Shown piece by piece: positions 37,706-46,743 of a stretch of 64,000 nt of DNA. The notes beneath the pieces are model-generated. The model worked only from the letters and a program-made list of their open reading frames with translations. It did not search any database and was not told the origin of the DNA. Source of the stretch: an uncultured bacterium (GTDB taxonomy: Bacteria; Patescibacteriota; Patescibacteriia; UBA1558; GWA2-36-10); contig CAINYB010000006.1 in the NCBI GenBank assembly GCA_903855135.1, positions 29,631 through 93,630 of the forward strand, read 5' to 3'. The position numbers and the translations under genes are program-made. Position 1 is the stretch's first letter. Each line of letters starts with the position of its first letter.

Positions 37706-39094
37706 TTAGCAAGCGTCTTTTTTTAGTACCACCCAAGGGGTTTTTAATAAAATAATAATGTCTAATAAAATAGACCAGTTTTCAATATAAAAAATATCTA
37801 GTTTGGCTTCTTCAGCAAATAAAAGATTTGACCTGCCAGACACTTGTGCTAAACCTGTCATACCCGGCTTGATGCTCAACAATCTTTTGTAGCCACGCTG
37901 ATAATTTGACACTTCTTCTGGCTCATGGGGTCTAGGACCCACTAAACTCATGGTACCACGCAAAACATTAAAGAGCTGCGGAAACTCATCTAAGCTGCTG
38001 GTGCGTAAAAATTTACCAAACTTTGTCACGCGTGGATCATTTTTCATTTTAAATAATGGGCCATCTTTACGCTCATTGTGAGCTAACATTTCTGATTTTA
38101 AGCTATGTGCACCATTGATCATGGAGCGAAATTTGTATAAATTAAAAATCTTACCCTTCTCGCCCACTCTTTTTAAACTGACAAAAATCGGACCTTCAGA
38201 GGTGGTTTTGACTAAAATAGCTAAAATTAAAAATATTGGTGATAAAATAATTAACAAAAATAAAGCTAAAATAAAATCAAAAATTCTTTTATAAACCTTA
38301 CGCCAGCCATCAAGTGGTGTACCAGCTATTTCTACCAAAGGATAACCAGCGATTTCACTAAAGTTCACATGCAAACTTTGGGCTTGAAATAAATTAGCAA
38401 TATATTTTAAACTCAAATGATTTTCCTGACAAAAAGTCAATAAATCTAAAGCTTGATCTTTAGCTAGCGCTGAATCAGTCTGCATCAAATAATCTACTTT
38501 TTTGGCACTTAATAAATTTTTGGCAGTAGCGTCATTTTCTAGCTGGGCTAAATCATCAAATTCACCTACAACTTTAAAGCCTAAGCGTGGATTATGTTTG
38601 TAAGTATTCACGATGATCTGACGAGCATTGATATCACCTAAAACAAAAATGCTAGACAAGCCAAAGCCTAAGCTAAAAAATCGATCGCGCAATAAAAATA
38701 CTATCACTCGACCAATAAATAAATATAAAATAGCCAATGCCCAGCCTAATAAAATAATAAAACGAGAAGAAAATAATTCTCTCGTCAAAAAAATAAATAA
38801 TACTAGAAATACCACGACCATGGAAACGCCAAAAAATATTCTAGGGATTTCTTTGATCAATCTTTTGCTCCGCATTGCATAAAAACCAGCCAGAGCAAAA
38901 ACGAAAATACTTAAAATCGAAACATTAAAAGCCAGCTGTAAATAATGATCAAAACTTAAGTCAAAAACTACTGGCCTAATAGTACTAATTGCTTCAGAAA
39001 AACGAAAATAATAAGCTGTCAAAGCCGCTAAAAACACTAAACAAAAGTCTAGTGGTACTAAGAAAATGTTTAAAATAAAATCCGCCTTTTTCAT
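37706..39094 (-). CDS. Polyprenyl-phosphate sugar phosphotransferase (WcaJ/WbaP-like)
   Basis: KRIFD, KFRSM, DPRVT..G.FLR.SSLDE.PQ..NVL.G.MSLVGPRP, KPGMTGLAQV. Confidence 0.95.
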   Translation of the reverse strand: MKKADFILNIFLVPLDFCLVFLAALTAYYFRFSEAISTIRPVVFDLSFDHYLQLAFNVSILSIFVFALAGFYAMRSKRLIKEIPRIFFGVSMVVVFLVLFIFLTRELFSSRFIILLGWALAILYLFIGRVIVFLLRDRFFSLGFGLSSIFVLGDINARQIIVNTYKHNPRLGFKVVGEFDDLAQLENDATAKNLLSAKKVDYLMQTDSALAKDQALDLLTFCQENHLSLKYIANLFQAQSLHVNFSEIAGYPLVEIAGTPLDGWRKVYKRIFDFILALFLLIILSPIFLILAILVKTTSEGPIFVSLKRVGEKGKIFNLYKFRSMINGAHSLKSEMLAHNERKDGPLFKMKNDPRVTKFGKFLRTSSLDEFPQLFNVLRGTMSLVGPRPHEPEEVSNYQRGYKRLLSIKPGMTGLAQVSGRSNLLFAEEAKLDIFYIENWSILLDIIILLKTPWVVLKKDAC

Positions 39095-39150
39095 AAGATT
39101 ATGATAACATTTGCTTGAATTTTAGTAAATGCTAATTTTTACAAACTAAA

Positions 39151-39633
39151 AAGGCTTAAATTAGCCTCATAAGCCGAATTCTGTTCTCCAGCAAGCTGGA
39201 GTGATGATCATCTATCTAGGACTATGATTGCCCATAGCCTCAAGCAAGCTACCCGATCCCGCTTAGCGGGACCCTATTTGCTCTTGCACCGAATAGAGTT
39301 TAGCTCTTTTAGCTTGTCACCAAGCTAACGGGTCAGCTCATTATCTGACCATTTCACCCTTATCCTTCGATTCGGCCTTGCGGTCTCACTCAGGAAGGAA
39401 TACTCTCTGTTCAACTTGTCCTGACCACTTAGTCGCCCAAATGGCCGGTTGTCGTTAACAACTATCCTCCATTTAAAAATGGAAAATGGTGTTCGGACTT
39501 TATCCTCCCTCCTTCGCTGTCGCTACGCGCCAGCTACGGACGGGCAGGCCCCGCTAAATTGTAGGGCTTGCCGTACGAAGCTCAAACGCAGTGAGAGCGA
39601 AGGACGGCGATCATCTCGGCTAATTTAAACCTT
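39151..39633 (-). ncRNA. rnpB: RNase P RNA
   Basis: P1 TTAAATTAGCC/GGCTAATTTAA, P2 GATGATC/GATCATC, CR-I GAGGA(TA)AAGTCCGAA pairing with CR-V ACAGAATTCGGCTTA, ACAGA and GGGTGAAA motifs, GGGTA, P18 GCAA loop. Confidence 0.95.
39507..39607. repeat. REPIN-like inverted doublet forming rnpB helix P3
   Basis: Arm CCCTCCTTCGCT...GCTACGGACGGGCAGGCCC versus reverse complement of the other arm CCGTCCTTCGCT...GCTTCGTACGGCAAGCCC. Confidence 0.7.
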
Positions 39634-39641
39634 AGAATTGA

Positions 39642-39670
39642 TTTATAACATATTTACTATTTTTTGTCAA
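39642..39670 (-). promoter_or_regulatory. Sigma70 promoter of rnpB
   Basis: TTGACA-17 nt-TATAAA with extended TGn. Confidence 0.75.
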
Positions 39671-39673
39671 ATC

Positions 39674-39701
39674 AAGGCCCTACTAAGGATTTAGCAGGGC
39701 C
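39674..39701 (-). terminator. Hairpin downstream of the 39-aa ORF
   Basis: GGCCCTGCTAA-ATCC-TTAGTAGGGCC-TTGATTT. Confidence 0.55.
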
Positions 39702-39702
39702 A

Positions 39703-39822
39703 TTAAACACCGGATGTTTTGTTCTTGTATCGCTTTTTAAAGCCTCCCCAATCACCATCGATCGGGAAAAATAAGGCTAAGGCGATTCCCATCAGCATGA
39801 TGGAAATAAACAGGCTTTCCAC
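39703..39822 (-). CDS. 39-aa small membrane protein MESLFISIMLMGIALALFFPIDGDWGGFKKRYKNKTSGV
   Basis: Hand-found; AAAAGGAGG SD 5 nt before GTG; hydrophobic N-half and basic tail; hairpin right after the stop. Confidence 0.65.
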   Translation of the reverse strand: MESLFISIMLMGIALALFFPIDGDWGGFKKRYKNKTSGV

Positions 39823-39850
39823 CTTATCCTCCTTTTATATTGAAAAAACG

Positions 39851-40954
39851 TTATTTCAAAATATAAGCTAAAGTTTCTTGAGCACATTTCTCCCAAGAAA
39901 ATAAGTCAACTCTTATCTTACCAGCTTTAATCATTTGCTGACGCAAATTATCATTGCTTAATAAGCTGTCGATAATTTTAGCAATTTCCGCTGGCTGATG
40001 CGGATCAAAATACAAAGCCGTATCGCTAGCTACTTCTTTTAAAACTGGCAAATCAGAAACTGTCATCGCTACGCCACAAGCAGCTGCTTCTAATAATGGC
40101 ATACCAAAACCTTCAAACAAAGACGGAAAAACAAAAATATCTGCACTTGCTAAAATCAAAGGGTAATCAGCTTGGGATACATAACCAAAAAAATGTACAC
40201 GATCTTTGATGCTATGATGATGAGCTAACTCAAGAATATCTCGATAACCATAATTACCCGGTCGACCAGCTAAAACTAGATGATAATCTGTATGTCGCAA
40301 AATAGTAAAAGCTCTTAATAAATTTTGAATGTTTTTTTTAGTCTCTAGTCTACCGATATATAATAAAAATTTAGCTGGCAAATTATATTTAGTTTTAACT
40401 AAATTTTTTTCTGTTGCACTCAAAACTTTGAATTCATCACGATTATAGCCGTGATAAATGACTTGAATTTTATTTTTAGCTTTAGGAAAATATTTAGCTA
40501 CATCATCAGCAGTATTTTGTGATGGCGTGATGATTTTATTTGCCCGCTTAATCAATAAAGTATGAGCAATTTTTTGATAAATTCTTTCTAGTGGATGATA
40601 AAGCTCTGGATTTTTATAAAAACCCAAATCATGGATAGTAGCGATTAGCTCACCTTTAAAAAATAAAGGCGCGGCATTAGAAGCAAAAAATTTATCTACT
40701 GGATGAAAAAATAGCTCCCAAGATAAACGCCAATAAGTCCAAAATTTACTAAAAGGCCAGTTTAATTTTTTAAAAGTAAAATTAGCTGGCGCGTTTTTTA
40801 ATTCCGCACTTAAATCTTGATAATAATAAACAAAAATTTCTAAATCCTGTGATTCAGAAATTTTCTTAAACTGTGCAAATAAATGCCAAGCATACCACTC
40901 GGTGCCAGTTTTATTGGCTTTATTTGCTCTGCTTATTTCTAAACCAAGCTTCAT
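39851..40954 (-). CDS. GT4 glycosyltransferase
   Basis: TGTEWY, TIHDL, GRLETKKN, FPSLFEGFGMPLLEA. Confidence 0.93.
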   Translation of the reverse strand: MKLGLEISRANKANKTGTEWYAWHLFAQFKKISESQDLEIFVYYYQDLSAELKNAPANFTFKKLNWPFSKFWTYWRLSWELFFHPVDKFFASNAAPLFFKGELIATIHDLGFYKNPELYHPLERIYQKIAHTLLIKRANKIITPSQNTADDVAKYFPKAKNKIQVIYHGYNRDEFKVLSATEKNLVKTKYNLPAKFLLYIGRLETKKNIQNLLRAFTILRHTDYHLVLAGRPGNYGYRDILELAHHHSIKDRVHFFGYVSQADYPLILASADIFVFPSLFEGFGMPLLEAAACGVAMTVSDLPVLKEVASDTALYFDPHQPAEIAKIIDSLLSNDNLRQQMIKAGKIRVDLFSWEKCAQETLAYILK

Positions 40955-40955
40955 A

Positions 40956-41969
40956 CTATTTAGCAGATAAAATACTACGTTTATAAGACTCTAGATTTTC
41001 TAAAGCAATACCAGTACCACGAGCTACACAGAGCAAAGCGTCATCAGCGGTGTAGGCTGGCACACCAGTAGCTTGGGATAAAAGTTTATCCATATTACGC
41101 AAAAGCGCTGTACCACCGGACAAAACCATGCCTTTGTCCATAATATCAGCTGACAACTCTGGTGGTGTCTGATATAGCACCGATTTTACGGCCGAAATCA
41201 AGCCCTGGAGCTCGTTTTGTAAGGCTTCGGTCACATCATCTGAACTGACTGTAATCGTGCGTGGTAGGCCAGTGATCATATCACGGCCTTTGACATCCAT
41301 AAATAATTTTTCTTCTTTTGGTAAAAATTGAGCTGAACCGATTCTTATTTTGACTGCTTCTGCACTGCTTTCACCGATAGCGAGATTATACTTCTTCTTA
41401 ATATACTCACCAATAGCTGTATCATATTTATTACCACCGATTTTCACTGAAGTGTTAGCCACGATACCGCCCAAAGAAATAACCGCAATTTCTGAAGTGC
41501 CACCACCCATATCGACGATCATATGACCAGAAGCCGAACCGATCGGAATATCAGCCCCGATAGCCGCCGCAATTGGTTCACGAATAATATAAGCTGCTTT
41601 AGCACCAGCATTCAAAGTGGCGTCAATAACAGCTCTGCGCTCAGTAGAAGTAATACCAGCTGGTACGGCGATCATCACTTCAGGACGAAATAGTTTCATA
41701 CCACCAACCGCTTTGTTGATAAAATACCTAAGCATGCTTTCGGTAGTTTTATAGTCAGCGATCACACCATTTTTTAGAGGTCGAGAAGCAATGATTGAAT
41801 CTGGCGTACGACCGATCATATCTTTAGCTTCATCACCAACGGCTAAAACTTTTTTATCAAAAACCGAAATCGCCACCACACTTGGCTCATTAATAACAAT
41901 ACCTCGTTTAGGAATATAAACTAAGGTATAAGTCGTGCCCAAATCAATCCCGATTTTCTTAATAAACAT
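40956..41969 (-). CDS. mreB: MreB/Mbl rod-shape actin homolog (second copy)
   Basis: GIDLGT, NEPSVVA, DMGGGTSE, TPPELSAD, GGTALL. Confidence 0.93.
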   Translation of the reverse strand: MFIKKIGIDLGTTYTLVYIPKRGIVINEPSVVAISVFDKKVLAVGDEAKDMIGRTPDSIIASRPLKNGVIADYKTTESMLRYFINKAVGGMKLFRPEVMIAVPAGITSTERRAVIDATLNAGAKAAYIIREPIAAAIGADIPIGSASGHMIVDMGGGTSEIAVISLGGIVANTSVKIGGNKYDTAIGEYIKKKYNLAIGESSAEAVKIRIGSAQFLPKEEKLFMDVKGRDMITGLPRTITVSSDDVTEALQNELQGLISAVKSVLYQTPPELSADIMDKGMVLSGGTALLRNMDKLLSQATGVPAYTADDALLCVARGTGIALENLESYKRSILSAK

Positions 41970-42425
41970 TTATTTGATTTCTAAAATCTTATATTTTATT
42001 TTACCAGCCGGCAAATCAACTAAAAATTCTTCGTGCAATCTTTTATTGACAAAAGCTTGGCCCAATGGTGATTCTACCGAGATTTTGCCGTTACTTGGAT
42101 CCGCTTCAGTGGAACCAACGATAGTGAATTCCAAAACTTGTCCTTCTCTGTCAACAACGATAGTATTACCGACATTGATTTGATCATCATCGTTTTTGTC
42201 AGCCACGACAGCAGTTTTGATCAAATTTTCTAAATTTAAAATTCGACCTTCAGTAAAGGCTTGCTCATCTTTGGCTTCTTGATATTCAGCGTTTTCTGAT
42301 AAGTCACCAAACTCTTTAGCAGTTTTGATACGATCAGACACTTGCTTTCTTTTTTCGGTTTTTAGATATTCTAGCTCTGCTTTGAGCTTCTCCAAACCTT
42401 CTGGTGTTACTATTGTGCTATTCAT
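41970..42425 (-). CDS. greA: Transcription elongation factor GreA
   Basis: T.EGLEKL, GDLSENAEY..AK, IS.ESPLG.A. Confidence 0.97.
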   Translation of the reverse strand: MNSTIVTPEGLEKLKAELEYLKTEKRKQVSDRIKTAKEFGDLSENAEYQEAKDEQAFTEGRILNLENLIKTAVVADKNDDDQINVGNTIVVDREGQVLEFTIVGSTEADPSNGKISVESPLGQAFVNKRLHEEFLVDLPAGKIKYKILEIK

Positions 42426-42478
42426 AAAAAATTTTGATTTTTAAAATTATTTGTTATTTTTATCCAATAAACGCGTAT

Positions 42479-42503
42479 TTCCGCCCCGCGAAGCGGGGCG
42501 GAA
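42479..42503. repeat. REP-like hairpin TTCCGCCCCGC-GAA-GCGGGGCGGAA in the greA leader
   Basis: Perfect 11-bp stem between the promoter and the greA start. Confidence 0.8.
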
Positions 42504-42526
42504 TATATAACGCACTCTATCCCTGT

Positions 42527-42555
42527 ATTGTGCCAAAAAATTGAAATTTTAGCAA
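42527..42555 (-). promoter_or_regulatory. Putative sigma70 promoter of greA
   Basis: TTGCTA-17 nt-CACAAT. Confidence 0.55.
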
Positions 42556-42558
42556 ATA

Positions 42559-44457
42559 CTACCTATTAAAATACCATTCCATAAACTGCCTTGAAACTGT
42601 GACTGCTAAACCGGTGTCTCCACCTTCTTCCACCAAAACTGCCATCACAATCTGCGGATTATCATAAGGTGCAAAGCTAGCAAACCAAGAATGTGGCGTT
42701 TTATTGTGATTAAACTGGGCGGTACCAGTCTTACCGGCCACCGGCACTTTGACTGATTGTAAGCTTTTAGCCGTACCAATAACCACTGTTTCTCGCAAAC
42801 CCTGCCGTATAATATCTAAATTATTCTGACTAAGCAAATTTTCTAAAATAACTGGTGTAGCTTTTTCCTCTAAAGTTGTTTCTTGCTTAATGCCTTTTAA
42901 TAAATGAGGCTGCCAAGCTTTGCCGCTGGCAAAATAAGCCATTTCCACCGCTACTTGCAAAGGAGTCCCTAATAAATAGCCCTGGCCAATAGATAGATTA
43001 TAAGTATCTCCTAAATACCAGCGATCATTAAAAGTTTTTTCTTTCCAAGCTTGGCTTGGTAAAAAACCCTCTACTTCGTTAGTCAGGTCAATCTTAGTAG
43101 GAGAGCCAAAACCAAACTTTTTTGCATATTGGAGAATTTTTTCCATACCTAAACCTTTATCTAGCCACTGATTATTAGCGCCACCAATAGTATAAAAAAA
43201 TGTATTGACTGAATCAGCCAAGGCCCATTTGATATCTGTCTTACCATGGCCAGCTGGACGCCAATCAGGAAAAAAATTGTTACCAATTTGCACACCGCCA
43301 GTACTCTGGACAGTGAAATTCTGATCAATAATTTTTTCTTCCAGAGCTGCCCCCGCAACCACTGGCTTAAATACTGAGCCAAAAGGATATTCCCCAGAAA
43401 CTACGCGATTTAATAGTGGCGTATTAGGATCAGACATTAAAGTGCTGTATTCTTCTTTTTTTAAAGCTGAAGTAAAAATATTATTATCAAAACTAGGCAA
43501 ACTCACCATCGCTAATACTCCACCATCTTTGGCATCCAAAACTACTGCCGCCATTTTATTTTTACCATTACTTGCCGCATTTTTGGCCATCACGCTATAA
43601 AGCTGACTTTGCGCCGCCGCATCAATGGTCAAGACTATGTCTGTGCCATCTTTTGGCTCTTGCCAACCAATACTATTTTTAGCTCGATTTAAAGCATCAA
43701 CTTCGATCTGACGAAAACCGTCTTGTCCACGTAAAACATTTTCATAAATATATTCTAAGCCAGTCTTACCCAAACGATCATTATAATTATAAGCAGGATT
43801 TTCCGCTAAATCTTTTTCGCTCACGACTCCCAAATATCCTAGCTCATGCGATAAACCAAACTGCGGAAAATATTCACGACGTGGCTCATAAGATATTTCG
43901 ATACTATGATTATTTTCCGCTGCTAGCATCAGCTGAATCGCTTTTTCATAAGTAACATTTTCAAACACCAAAACTTTTTCTCCTTTTTTATAATTTTTTA
44001 AACTTTCTTCAATATCAGTTGCTGGCACGGCTAAAACTTCTGTTAATTTTTGCAAAGTTTCTTGCTTTTTATTTTCGTCAGCCCAATTATCTGGCCATAA
44101 ATAAAGAAAAAAATGAGAAACATTTTTTACCAGCTGCACACCATTACGATCATAGATTAAACCGCGGTTGGCCTTGACTATCTCATGACGAATACGATTA
44201 CCTTCTGCCCGATTACGATAAGTGTCACCTTTGATAATTTGTAAATAAAAAGCCCTACTTAATAAAATAAATAAAACCGCTAATAATACTTTAAATAAAC
44301 GACGACTTTGACTTTCAGCAAAAAAACGTCCTAAAGTCTGAGCACTTTTTTCCCAAACAAAATCAAGATAGTCACCGCTATGCTGATTTTCAGAAAAACC
44401 TTTTAGCTTGCTATCCTTAATAGATCCTTCTTGTATTTTAAAAGGATCGTTTTTCAT
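42559..44457 (-). CDS. mrdA: Penicillin-binding protein 2
   Basis: RGLIYDRNG, GSVFK (SxxK), SVN, GKTGTAQ. Confidence 0.96.
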   Translation of the reverse strand: MKNDPFKIQEGSIKDSKLKGFSENQHSGDYLDFVWEKSAQTLGRFFAESQSRRLFKVLLAVLFILLSRAFYLQIIKGDTYRNRAEGNRIRHEIVKANRGLIYDRNGVQLVKNVSHFFLYLWPDNWADENKKQETLQKLTEVLAVPATDIEESLKNYKKGEKVLVFENVTYEKAIQLMLAAENNHSIEISYEPRREYFPQFGLSHELGYLGVVSEKDLAENPAYNYNDRLGKTGLEYIYENVLRGQDGFRQIEVDALNRAKNSIGWQEPKDGTDIVLTIDAAAQSQLYSVMAKNAASNGKNKMAAVVLDAKDGGVLAMVSLPSFDNNIFTSALKKEEYSTLMSDPNTPLLNRVVSGEYPFGSVFKPVVAGAALEEKIIDQNFTVQSTGGVQIGNNFFPDWRPAGHGKTDIKWALADSVNTFFYTIGGANNQWLDKGLGMEKILQYAKKFGFGSPTKIDLTNEVEGFLPSQAWKEKTFNDRWYLGDTYNLSIGQGYLLGTPLQVAVEMAYFASGKAWQPHLLKGIKQETTLEEKATPVILENLLSQNNLDIIRQGLRETVVIGTAKSLQSVKVPVAGKTGTAQFNHNKTPHSWFASFAPYDNPQIVMAVLVEEGGDTGLAVTVSRQFMEWYFNR

Positions 44458-44935
44458 GATGTTTTTTTAGCCATAAATTAAAATATAAAATATAGACAAA
44501 AACAATGATAAAAGTATTGATAAAAATTATTTTAAATATTTGCCAAAATGTTATCCAAGAAAATAGATAAATTGACCAATGACTAATAGAATAAAGTAGC
44601 CACAATACTAACCAAAAAATTAACTGACCTAAAAAAGTCAAAAAAATAATCGTACCAGTATTTTTAGAAGTAAAAATGGTTAGTTGCAAAGTACTTAAAA
44701 TAAATAACACCAATAAAAAACTAAAAGTATGTAAACCAAAACTAGCAGAAAAACTATCAATAAATAAACCAGCTAATATAGCTATCGGATAATAAATCCA
44801 AGGATTTTCAAAAATATAATAAACTAAAATTAGCATAATTAAAAATGGTTCTAGTAAACTCCAAGAACCAACATTGACCAAAGAGTAAACCGTGTGTGTC
44901 AAGATAAATAAAATTAATAAGGCTAAATACTTCAT
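44438..44935 (-). CDS. mreD: Rod shape-determining protein MreD-like
   Basis: All-TM protein with GLFIDSFS..FG, between mreC and mrdA. Confidence 0.75.
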   Translation of the reverse strand: MKYLALLILFILTHTVYSLVNVGSWSLLEPFLIMLILVYYIFENPWIYYPIAILAGLFIDSFSASFGLHTFSFLLVLFILSTLQLTIFTSKNTGTIIFLTFLGQLIFWLVLWLLYSISHWSIYLFSWITFWQIFKIIFINTFIIVFVYILYFNLWLKKHHEKRSF

Positions 44936-45672
44936 AAAGAGACAATGATTGCTACCAAAGACAAAGTGCTATAATCCAATAATGGAGAAACAGTGGCTTG
45001 TTTAAATAATTCTTCTTGAGAAAATTTTACTTCTTCTACAGAACCTATCACTAGGCCAGCTGGTATCTTTTCATTTAGACGTGAAGTCAAGACTAAATCA
45101 CCTTTATTAATCGCTTGTTCTTGAGGTACATAGCTTAAATTCATCCCTAGACCTAGTGAACCAGTCAAAACACCAGCGACATTTTGACTATCGCCGATAT
45201 TGACCGCTATTTTGCTCAAACCATCAGTCAATAAACGCAGCACCGAGGCATCAGCCCTGACTTCAATAATTTTGCCGATAATCACACCATCGTTGACCAC
45301 GACTGCTTGGCCAGGCACTACACCGTCAGCCTCACCCGCATCAATCACGAGTAGATTTTGATTTAGTAAATCCCTACTCAAAATATTAGCTACTTTCAAA
45401 TCATAATTAGCTTTAGACTTTAAATTTAGCAAAGCTCGTAAGCTATCATTTTCTTGAGCTAAAGCTTGTAGCCTAGTATTTTGACTTAATAATTCTTGAT
45501 AAGAACTTTCAAGATTATTTGGTGGATTTAATAATTGATTGACAGTTTTTTGTGGTTGTGGCAATAAACGCAGCAAAACACCAAAATCAAAAAAACGGCC
45601 AGCTTTGAAAAATATCAAAAGTAAGGCCACCAAAAAAAATAATAAAAAAATCTGTACGTTTCGTCTTAACAT
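44932..45672 (-). CDS. mreC: Rod shape-determining protein MreC
   Basis: EN..LR.LL, ID.G..DGV..G..V, GD.V.TS, P.GL.IG. Confidence 0.93.
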   Translation of the reverse strand: MLRRNVQIFLLFFLVALLLIFFKAGRFFDFGVLLRLLPQPQKTVNQLLNPPNNLESSYQELLSQNTRLQALAQENDSLRALLNLKSKANYDLKVANILSRDLLNQNLLVIDAGEADGVVPGQAVVVNDGVIIGKIIEVRADASVLRLLTDGLSKIAVNIGDSQNVAGVLTGSLGLGMNLSYVPQEQAINKGDLVLTSRLNEKIPAGLVIGSVEEVKFSQEELFKQATVSPLLDYSTLSLVAIIVSL

Positions 45673-45680
45673 ATCAAAAA

Positions 45681-46733
45681 TTAATTAAGACCTAAATCTT
45701 TAGTTGAAGGCAATAAAATTTCTCTTAAATTATCCAAATCAGCTAATACTTTACCAGTGCCACGTACCACGGCAGTCAAAGGATCGTCAGCGACATGGAC
45801 TGGCATTTTTGTTTCTTGAGCAATCATCACATCAAGACCTCTTAATAAGGCTCCACCACCAGTCAAATACAAACCTTTTTCGTATAAATCAGACACTAAT
45901 TCTGGTGGAGTACTTTCAATGGTAGTTTTGATGTTGTCAACGATTAATTTAATCGGTTTAGCGATCGCTTCTCTGATATTGGCATCGGTGATACGAATTT
46001 CTTTTGGCAAACCAGTCAACAAATCACGACCGCGCATCGTGGTCTCCATTGGTTTGTCTAGCAGTAAGACAGAAGCAATCTGAATCTTGATTTTTTCAGC
46101 GGTCCGTTCACCTAATAAAATATTAAATTTATCACGAGCGTATTGGGTGATAGCTTCGTTTAGTTTATCGCCAGCTAATTTCAAAGATTTCCAAGAAACT
46201 ACTCCACCCAAAGAAATCACAGCAATTTCTGTGGTGCCACCGCCCATATCTACCACCATACTGGCTGTAGCCTCTAAAATAGGCAAACCAGCCCCGATAG
46301 CAGCAGCAATCGGTTCTTCTATCAAAAGTACCTCTGAAGCACCCGCACCCATGACAGCGTCCTCCACCGCCTTACGCTCCACTTCAGTGATGTCCAAAGG
46401 TATAGCGATCATCACTCTGGGACGTGGCATAAAAGTCATGCTTTCTTTATGTACTTTATTGATAAAATGTTTAATCATTTTTTCACTGACTTCAAAATCA
46501 GAAATAACTCCATCAACCAAAGGTCTGACGACATTGATATGTAATGGAGTTTTACCAAGCATAACTTTAGCATCATCACCAACGGCTACTATTTTATCCG
46601 TTCTAGTATTGATAGCCACCACACTCGGCTCATTGATAACAATACCTTGATCTTTGACATACACCAAAGTATTGGCCGTACCAAGGTCAATACCCATATC
46701 TTTAGAAAATTGTCCTAAAAATTTCTTAAACAT
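45681..46733 (-). CDS. mreB: Rod shape-determining protein MreB
   Basis: DMGIDLGTANT, DMGGGTTE, TPPEL, LTGGGALL; heads mreBCD-mrdA. Confidence 0.97.
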   Translation of the reverse strand: MFKKFLGQFSKDMGIDLGTANTLVYVKDQGIVINEPSVVAINTRTDKIVAVGDDAKVMLGKTPLHINVVRPLVDGVISDFEVSEKMIKHFINKVHKESMTFMPRPRVMIAIPLDITEVERKAVEDAVMGAGASEVLLIEEPIAAAIGAGLPILEATASMVVDMGGGTTEIAVISLGGVVSWKSLKLAGDKLNEAITQYARDKFNILLGERTAEKIKIQIASVLLLDKPMETTMRGRDLLTGLPKEIRITDANIREAIAKPIKLIVDNIKTTIESTPPELVSDLYEKGLYLTGGGALLRGLDVMIAQETKMPVHVADDPLTAVVRGTGKVLADLDNLREILLPSTKDLGLN

Positions 46734-46743
46734 TATTTATATT

